Virus record (IMG/VR): IMGVR_UViG_3300045125_000140
Span: 89,214 to 153,213 of that record
Direction: 5' to 3' (one strand)
DNA: 64,000 nt
Source of the DNA: a virus
A program made the translations under genes and the position numbers. The notes under the pieces are model-generated. The model was not told the DNA's origin, ran no database searches, and saw nothing but the letters and a program-made list of their open reading frames with translations. The first letter of the stretch is position 1. Each line of letters opens with the position of its first letter. Below, piece by piece: positions 58,101 to 64,000 of this stretch.

Positions 58101-61100
58101 CGCCCGTAACTCCTGGATCAAAGAGCCCGCCCTTTTCTGGTTTTAAATCGCTGGCGGTAATAACAGTTGGCTGCTGTATCGCGCCGCTGGACACACGAAG
58201 AATGTCGTGATCCGTTATCGGCAGCGCCTTGATCTTGTCGCCCTCTTTGTGCAGGTGAATGCCCGCACCAAGCATCGTGGCGTTGAACTTCTCGGCAACA
58301 AACGGAACTTTAGGCTTAGGCAGCGGGAGGCCCAGCTGCAAGTTGCGCCAATACTCATCGTTACGATTTGACTTAAGGTGGAACGCGTCGTGAACAAACT
58401 TAGTGGCATCGCCGGCAAGTAGGGCGTACAGCTCGAGTCCGCCGATACGCTGCGCCGACTCTTCGTCGGTCTTAGCAGGCTGCTCATTTATTGTATACTC
58501 GCCGCCGACACCGCGGGCAGCGAACTTCTTTGCGACCTGATGGCGTAGCTTAATAAAGTGCGTATCTCCAACAAGAACGCGCGGATACTTCCGGCCACTG
58601 ATCGGATCGGTGACGGTCTCTTCCCCGTGAGGGTCGAGGCCGGCCTTCTTCAACTCACCTTGAACGTGATCAAGGGTGCTCTTTGATGTGTCGAAGTTCT
58701 TAACCAGGAACGGTTTACCGGTCACCTTGGCGAGCTTGCCCGCAGCCGCCTCATATAGCTGACCTGGATTTACGCGTCCCGGCACGCCCGCGGGATTAAA
58801 TAGAACATCGATGGGCTTGCCGTGCTCGTCTTGAAGCATCTCGTTATCGGGAAGAATCTTTACGATAATTCCCTTACCGCCGTGACGATGGCTGATCTTG
58901 TCGCCGATAACTGCGGCCTCTTCGGTGCTTACAAACACCTTTACAAACTTGCCGGTCTTTACGACTTCCGTAACGACACCGACCGCATCGTGATCGTACA
59001 CCGCCGACGAGTCCGACCAGCCACTGCTAAGCGCCTTGTGTAGGCGGGTAAGGTCGTAATCTGCGTGATATTCGTGCTTACGGATTATCGGAATAAGAAG
59101 ATCGCCGTGGTGAACCTGTGCGCCCTTCTTGATGATTCCGTCGTTGTCGTATTTACCGCGGTCACGGATGTGGGCGGCCTGGTCCGGGAAGTTGGCTAAA
59201 TACGGACCGAGTCCGAGCTTAGCAGACGAATCGACATCGACGCGATACTCGTACTGATGCAGAGACGTAAGCTTTTGGGAAGCGGCGTGACTTATCACGA
59301 ACCCGTCTTCGAAGTTGTACCCCTTGTACGGCATGTACGCGACGCGAAGATTTTTACCGAGCGCGAGTCTGTCGTCCTTGGTAAAGTTATTTGTCGCAAT
59401 TACCTGGCCCTCGGATACCTTATCGCCAACCGCGACGGCTGGCGTATCGTGCATATAGGTATTTCCGTTTAGAGGGTGCTTGTTATTGAGGTAGTGCTGA
59501 ACCTTCTTGCCGTTCGCCGACACCTCGATAACGTCTTCGGTTATCTTAGTTACCTTGCCGGAAACCTTTGATCTGACCTGAAGATTTCGTCCAAATGCCG
59601 CATCGTAAGAAACACCGGGGACAAGTTCAGCGCTGACCAGCGGAGCATCCGGATTCTTCAGATTTATGGCCTGCTCGATGTGGCGGTCGGCATAGCCTAC
59701 GCGGAGGGCATCGTCCGTATGCAAGAACGGAACCATCTGCGAAGTGAGTCCGAATAGCGCAAAACCGGTCGGGATAATGTACTCGACCTGCGTTGCCGGC
59801 ACCTTCTTGATCTCGGCTTGAACTCTAGCCGTGACCGTTGCCGATCGCGGCTTCGGCGGCTTCTTGGTCAGATCATAGTTATCCGGAAACGAGATAATCT
59901 TCTTATCCAGCTCAGTTACGGTCTTCTCTTCTTCGGCCCCGGTCTTGGCATTTATTACCGCAATAACCATCGCCGTGCCGCGCTTCGACACGGTCGGCGA
60001 AAGGTGATTAGTGATACCTACCTTTTGGCCTTCTGGCGTATGCACCGGGTCAAGAACACCGATATGGCTGGGGTGAACTAAACGAATCGAGTCCGCGACA
60101 GCGTGCTGCGAAGTAATGCCGCCTTCGCCCATGGTCGTAACCGTAAGCGGAACGCTAACCATCTCTACCGGATTAGTTTGATCTGCAAACCGCGAGAACT
60201 CGCTGGTGTTGAAGAACATCTTTATCGGCGTGGTGAACGCGAGAGGCGAAAACGCGCCGGTGATCTTACCGACCCGGTCCATCTTTGAGGACAGGCCGTA
60301 TTGAATAGTCTTTAAAGACTTCTCGATCTTTTCCGGAATAAAGTCCTCAAACGAGTGCAGGCTCTTAAACGCCAAGCTCTCGGTATCGTCCGGCTTTTCC
60401 GAACCTTTTGCAATTCTTATGCACTTGGCCGCCGCGTCCAAAAGGGCAGGACCAGTAACCGAGGCGTGAGACTCGTTAAGCGTGATTTTATTTACGGCAG
60501 GATCGAGCGGTTTCGATCCGAGGAACGTCTTTATCTCTTCCTTAGCCCGGTCTAACGACCCTGGGTACTTGTTGTATGGGCGCAACCTTTCATATAGCCG
60601 CTGCACCTCTTTGTCATCATTAACTTTCGCGTTGGACAACTCGAAGATATCCTTACCCATCACCGATATCATCTGCGCATCGGTGACTCCGAGGCATCGA
60701 AGTACGGTCGTGAGCGGAATATGGAATCCGGTACCGATTCTGAACTTAAACTTGCCGCCCTCTTCGCGATCGAACACGACTCGATACGTGCCTGCCGCTG
60801 AGGTATTTACGAAGGTCTCTACGTTATTATCGTGAGTAAACCGAGAATAGAGGCCAGGCCGTAATCGGAGCTGATTGATCACGTTGAGCTCTTTACCGTC
60901 TACGATAAAAGAGCTCTTGTCGGTCATCGTCGGAAGCAGCGCGACAACTACGCGCTTCGTCTCAACCGTCTTCCCCTGCAAATCTTTAAGCGTAAGGTTT
61001 GCGTATAACTTCGACGCTAGCGTACCCTCGTTCATTCGAACGGTTTTGTGCAGCTTCTTATCGTCGTAGGCGTTAGCGACATCGGACCACATCCAACCAT

Positions 61101-61206
61101 CCGCATCGAGAACATACTTTCGGCCCTGAATAGGAAACGCCTTCTTAATGACGTCCATTGTTCTGGACTTCAGCTCGACAAAACGATCTTGCGGGGAGTT
61201 GAACAT
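55171..61206 (-). CDS. rpoBC: multi-subunit-type DNA-directed RNA polymerase, beta and beta' fused in one polypeptide
   Basis: beta: TPEGQKVG, GDKISHRHGGKG, NPAGVPGRVNPGQ, QRIGGLE. beta': PVIPPKFR, NRSPSLH, NMDFDGD, bridge helix GGRRGLMDKGLSTADTGYLT, trigger loop AQTIGEPTTQLTLRTFH. Confidence 0.97.
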   Translation of the reverse strand: MFNSPQDRFVELKSRTMDVIKKAFPIQGRKYVLDADGWMWSDVANAYDDKKLHKTVRMNEGTLASKLYANLTLKDLQGKTVETKRVVVALLPTMTDKSSFIVDGKELNVINQLRLRPGLYSRFTHDNNVETFVNTSAAGTYRVVFDREEGGKFKFRIGTGFHIPLTTVLRCLGVTDAQMISVMGKDIFELSNAKVNDDKEVQRLYERLRPYNKYPGSLDRAKEEIKTFLGSKPLDPAVNKITLNESHASVTGPALLDAAAKCIRIAKGSEKPDDTESLAFKSLHSFEDFIPEKIEKSLKTIQYGLSSKMDRVGKITGAFSPLAFTTPIKMFFNTSEFSRFADQTNPVEMVSVPLTVTTMGEGGITSQHAVADSIRLVHPSHIGVLDPVHTPEGQKVGITNHLSPTVSKRGTAMVIAVINAKTGAEEEKTVTELDKKIISFPDNYDLTKKPPKPRSATVTARVQAEIKKVPATQVEYIIPTGFALFGLTSQMVPFLHTDDALRVGYADRHIEQAINLKNPDAPLVSAELVPGVSYDAAFGRNLQVRSKVSGKVTKITEDVIEVSANGKKVQHYLNNKHPLNGNTYMHDTPAVAVGDKVSEGQVIATNNFTKDDRLALGKNLRVAYMPYKGYNFEDGFVISHAASQKLTSLHQYEYRVDVDSSAKLGLGPYLANFPDQAAHIRDRGKYDNDGIIKKGAQVHHGDLLIPIIRKHEYHADYDLTRLHKALSSGWSDSSAVYDHDAVGVVTEVVKTGKFVKVFVSTEEAAVIGDKISHRHGGKGIIVKILPDNEMLQDEHGKPIDVLFNPAGVPGRVNPGQLYEAAAGKLAKVTGKPFLVKNFDTSKSTLDHVQGELKKAGLDPHGEETVTDPISGRKYPRVLVGDTHFIKLRHQVAKKFAARGVGGEYTINEQPAKTDEESAQRIGGLELYALLAGDATKFVHDAFHLKSNRNDEYWRNLQLGLPLPKPKVPFVAEKFNATMLGAGIHLHKEGDKIKALPITDHDILRVSSGAIQQPTVITASDLKPEKGGLFDPGVTGGIGGTNWNHIELPEPIVNPLATKAVAAVLGIPEATILDIMAGRKGLQDGKIVPTDGHKHTGGDAIKEALSKIDVDAELSKLNAMIFNTKSAQKLDSYNKKRRYLLGLKSINLKPHEAYMNKYVPVIPPKFRAVYPLPDGSLNVADANHGYREVLMVSNALKDMKSMKVDPKLVQDLRGDLFKSVSGLVGLTEPITRESHFKGFLEQIKGVQNKTGFFQGRLLSRPQDLSARTTVIPDPKLGLDEVGIPKEMAMSIYKPFIVRRLVNLGYTPVQAREMTEKQDPIAIKAALAEAAERPVVMNRSPSLHKFNVMAFYPRLVDGRAVQVNPLIVKGYNMDFDGDTTGIHVPVTEEAKHELKEKLLPSKNLFSPSSGKMMHAPAAETVLGLYLMSKPEGAPAKANSEEEIVSLYKNKKANANTAFAVNGKIICPGMVMLNHIIPAKFKLSGPMTSKVLSELINGVAKETPTELPKLVNTLKDLGNHYVTEIGFSISLRDLKFDTAKRDNALGVAQKQIPKTGFGQAAGDALKQISKDVHSDTSNRFVTLTSGSGALGGKASQVTRMLASPVAVTDHAGKTIPIIINKSFAEGFDIGSYWSTLPGGRRGLMDKGLSTADTGYLTKLLVNANIDNVIREKDCGTDQGVELPIDSKDVVDRVVANGPLRGTLLTPARIREVSVKHKTIKVRSPLYCRSKNGTCQMCFGASEDGRFYPIGYHIGILAAQTIGEPTTQLTLRTFHTAGSLGTNSVGYQRVHQIFSLPENVTGKSVLANVAGKVTSITPATQGGWNVVINKVNHYVPKEVGLKVKLNQMVNAGEQISLSGLLRPQDLLHATNDVRKVQDAIIHEVDNIYKSSDVNIKRRIFETVVKPLTNKAVVRDPGDAIKAHIHIGDIMDVNTIEEMNKHLTKKIVYDTHMLGIEKVPHHNDDFIGRMMHERLFETMKKAPMLGLKADAGTSGHVITRLAMTGVTDTGLPKKTK

Positions 61207-61207
61207 A

Positions 61208-61597
61208 TCAGGACATACCCTTCAACTTGGCGCTGTCGTCCTTGCGCAGGGCGGATCCGACCTTGACCAGGGGCAGATCCTCTCCAACTTCATAGTACTC
61301 GATAAAGCAGCGGTAGTCGACGCTGTCCGCGCCACGAACCATGGAGATCTTCTCGCTAACGAACTCATATCGACTAACGTCGTTATGAATCATCTGCCAC
61401 CGCTCCATGTCGGTCGGGATGCTTAGGTCCAGAAGCTCGCAGCGACGCATCTTCGCAAGACCGGCTCGATTATCGATCAATCCAGTTGGAATAGCCTTGA
61501 CGCTCTTGGTCGCGAGCTTTGTGCTCATAGCGTCAAGAACTCTCGTAGCCAACTGGTTGGTCACTCGAGACCGGTCTGCGTTGATGTTGCCGCTCAT
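61208..61597 (-). CDS. hypothetical protein between portal and RNAP
   Basis: 129 aa, coupled to both neighbours. Confidence 0.65.
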   Translation of the reverse strand: MSGNINADRSRVTNQLATRVLDAMSTKLATKSVKAIPTGLIDNRAGLAKMRRCELLDLSIPTDMERWQMIHNDVSRYEFVSEKISMVRGADSVDYRCFIEYYEVGEDLPLVKVGSALRKDDSAKLKGMS

Positions 61598-63501
61598 ATC
61601 GGGCTGTTATCTCTTCGCGGAGCTTGATGCTCGGGAAGGGGACGAAGGAACGGATCTCTACCCTGCTCTCGGATCATGGATAGCTTCTCCGAGATAGCCG
61701 TGGCAAGAAGCGGATTAGTCTTGCGGATATTTGCAAGCTCCATCTTCTTGGCATCAGCATCGCCCGGGTCCTTGATAAACTTATCCGCCATCACTTCGAT
61801 CAAGTGAGGGGATTGTGTATCGGGAGGAACCGGCAGCGTAGCCATCTGCTGAGCCGGCGCTTGCGGCATGGGCGGCTGCGCGGGCGCGGGCGGCTGCGGC
61901 ATACCCGGAGCTGCGGCCGTCTTCTTCATCTCGCGCGGCGGCGGAATCTGCGGACCGGCGGCGGCCGCAGCCTGCTGCTGCGCTTGCTGCTGAAGTTGCT
62001 GGGCTCTGAGCTGATATTCGGTCTGAATAAGCATCGCCTTGCCCTGCGCCTCGGCCTGAACGGACATAGTCTTCGTAACGGCGTTGTCTCGGTCCGAAGC
62101 CTCGTCCTGGCGACGGCGGCGTTCGAGCTCCGGATCGAATCCGAGTTCTTCAAGAACGGTAAGATCGGATACGGTATTTGTCTGACGCAGGCCGAGGGCG
62201 ATCTGGCGCTGCTGCGCGTCGTCCGCCATCTTGAAGTCCTTGTGCCGGATTTTTACCGGAGGCAGCGACAAGAACATCTGCAGCTTCGGAATAAGGAAGT
62301 CTTGCAAGAAGGCGTTTAGCTGATCGATCGTGCTGAGGAAGATGTTTTCGAGAACTCGGAGCGAGATGGACGAACCAGACCAGCTCAGATTTCCGTAAAC
62401 AAACTCTTGCGGAACGTCCAAGCCGCCGGCGATCTGCTGGCGAACCTGGTTCATTTCGTTAAAGACGTTTAGGTTGTTCGCGTCGCCTCGGACGTTCTCC
62501 ACGCTAACCGGGAACGGTACCGTGTAGATCGAGTTCTGGTCGCGGCGCCACCGATGGACGATGTCCATCATCTTTCTCGACCACTCTCCGAGATCCGTAT
62601 TCATGTGCGGCGATACGCCGGATTGAGACGGCTGCGGAATAAGGAGAGTTAGCGGTAGGGCGTGCTCTAGCGCAATAGCCTCCTGCGCTCGCTTATAAGT
62701 CTGGAACAGCCACGCATCCTTAAAGATCGGCAACATTGGAGGCATGCCGAACGCGTCGTCTTCGGACGACACCGAAGGATTCTTGAAGTGGTATACGTTG
62801 CTGGTGTCGAGGAGGAGGTTTTTACGCTCCTTAATTGCCTTAAGGAATTCCAGCGGTGTCCCCTCGACAAACACAGCGTTAGCCTGCTTATTTTCGACGC
62901 GCTGCCGCATCCACTTAGGAATACGGTAGATGTATTCGCTAGCATCCGTGAGCGGATTATAACGAATGTCGATGTACTGCGGGTTCCACCGAACAACCTT
63001 GATACGAGAGCGATTGCGGATGACCTTATCTTCCGCCTTCATATTTCCCTTGCGTCCGCACTTATCGCACTTCGCGCTGAATTGGAAGTCGGAATACGTC
63101 CACTTGCCGCGAATAGCGACTTGTTTATTTTCGCACGCCGGGCAGACCAAGTAGCGCTCGAACGGATACAGAATCGAGCAGAACGCGTTTCCGTAAACAG
63201 AGAAGTCGAGAAGGAGCTTATATTCGAGCTCTCGAATCTTCAGCGTCTTTTCGAGAACCTCTTTCCAGAGATCTTTTGGTTTCTCTTTCGGCGTCTCATA
63301 GATGAGGCCGGTTATTACGTACGAGCACTTCTTGTTGATAATCGGCGCGATTTCCGAGTGGCTCGAATACAAGTAGTGGCACCACCGGAACAACTCTTTG
63401 ACCGTCGGCGGCATGTACGTCGACGAGATGTCGAACCATTGGTGCGGGTAGCCGCCGATAGATCCGCGACGTCCGCCGCGTAATTGCGCAACTGGAGGCA
63501 T
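61594..63501 (-). CDS. portal protein
   Basis: 635 aa; GMPPMLP, QIAGGLDVPQEFVYG portal-like motifs; Cys4 insertion; Q/P-rich tail. Confidence 0.7.
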   Translation of the reverse strand: MPPVAQLRGGRRGSIGGYPHQWFDISSTYMPPTVKELFRWCHYLYSSHSEIAPIINKKCSYVITGLIYETPKEKPKDLWKEVLEKTLKIRELEYKLLLDFSVYGNAFCSILYPFERYLVCPACENKQVAIRGKWTYSDFQFSAKCDKCGRKGNMKAEDKVIRNRSRIKVVRWNPQYIDIRYNPLTDASEYIYRIPKWMRQRVENKQANAVFVEGTPLEFLKAIKERKNLLLDTSNVYHFKNPSVSSEDDAFGMPPMLPIFKDAWLFQTYKRAQEAIALEHALPLTLLIPQPSQSGVSPHMNTDLGEWSRKMMDIVHRWRRDQNSIYTVPFPVSVENVRGDANNLNVFNEMNQVRQQIAGGLDVPQEFVYGNLSWSGSSISLRVLENIFLSTIDQLNAFLQDFLIPKLQMFLSLPPVKIRHKDFKMADDAQQRQIALGLRQTNTVSDLTVLEELGFDPELERRRRQDEASDRDNAVTKTMSVQAEAQGKAMLIQTEYQLRAQQLQQQAQQQAAAAAGPQIPPPREMKKTAAAPGMPQPPAPAQPPMPQAPAQQMATLPVPPDTQSPHLIEVMADKFIKDPGDADAKKMELANIRKTNPLLATAISEKLSMIREQGRDPFLRPLPEHQAPRRDNSPI

Positions 63502-63503
63502 AG

Positions 63504-64000
63504 CTAGTTACTCTCCGCTGCCATGAGGATACGCTGACGAGAATAGTCCTCGACCGCGATCAACTTGGAAGCCTGTACCTCAACGAGGTCGTCGAGTTTG
63601 ATTTTGTTGGGGTTGAAGTTTTCGTCCGCAGCGCGCGCTCTGATCTGATTTCGCACATCAGAGGACGTGTTGGGCTCGGCAAACATCAACTTCTTAGGAT
63701 ACGCAAAGACCCCAGCTTGAGAGAAGCACGCTTGAATATATTTAATTACGTTATCGTCAAACTTGATTGGAAATACGAGCGTATTCGCAATCTCGTACGC
63801 GTAGTTTATTTCTTGCGGAGAGCAGATCTCAAACACCTCGAACGACGGAGTAAAGTTATTTAATCCGACAGTAACTGCTTCGAATCCTCGGATGTCCGTC
63901 GTATATGCCGGCAGATTAGTTAAGAGCGTCTTGGCGGCCTGGATGGACGCCTTTGCGCCGGCGCTGATATTCTTGATTCCGAATTCGTTATAGATAGACG
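63504..64000 (-). CDS. hypothetical protein (5' truncated; frame open to the window edge)
   Basis: The reading frame upstream of the track start 63836 has no stop to position 64000. Confidence 0.65.
   Translation of the reverse strand, partial: SIYNEFGIKNISAGAKASIQAAKTLLTNLPAYTTDIRGFEAVTVGLNNFTPSFEVFEICSPQEINYAYEIANTLVFPIKFDDNVIKYIQACFSQAGVFAYPKKLMFAEPNTSSDVRNQIRARAADENFNPNKIKLDDLVEVQASKLIAVEDYSRQRILMAAESN

Noticed and set aside
1-64000. Stop-codon reassignment
   Set aside because: Long conserved genes are open under code 11, and TAA, TGA and TAG all terminate genes at sensible positions; the breaks are frame changes rather than in-frame stops.
1-64000. Inteins, introns, tRNAs, reverse transcriptase/DGR
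   Set aside because: No intein signatures in the helicase, PolA, terminase or RNAP; no cloverleaf, RT motif or TR/VR repeat pair was recognised by eye.

Overview
64 kb segment of a large tailed dsDNA phage with a contractile tail (myovirus morphotype), arranged as two convergent blocks. The + strand (1-25.9 kb) carries small early genes and a complete replication/recombination set: candidate iteron origin, degenerate DnaC-like loader, DnaB helicase, DnaG primase, gp32-like SSB, family A DNA polymerase, UvrD, an SF2 helicase, RecA, Hjc-like and Cas4-like nucleases, and RuvC. It ends in a sigma70-family factor. The - strand (64-25.8 kb) is morphogenetic: portal, a 2011-aa single-chain beta-beta' RNA polymerase, baseplate spike, fibre/LRR genes, PAAR-like protein, terminase, head proteins, probable prohead protease, major capsid protein, neck, sheath and tube. 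The most striking unexplained pattern is a K-x-A motif (K-[TVILQR]-A). It is densely repeated across about a dozen head-associated proteins and nearly absent from tail and RNAP proteins, which suggests a lysine-based head-maturation cleavage or capsid-targeting code. Many genes are broken by single-base indels, mostly in homopolymers. These look like long-read consensus errors, so several gene boundaries are reconstructed by eye. No tRNA, CRISPR array, intein or reverse transcriptase was seen. All family assignments come from motif recognition, not database searches.
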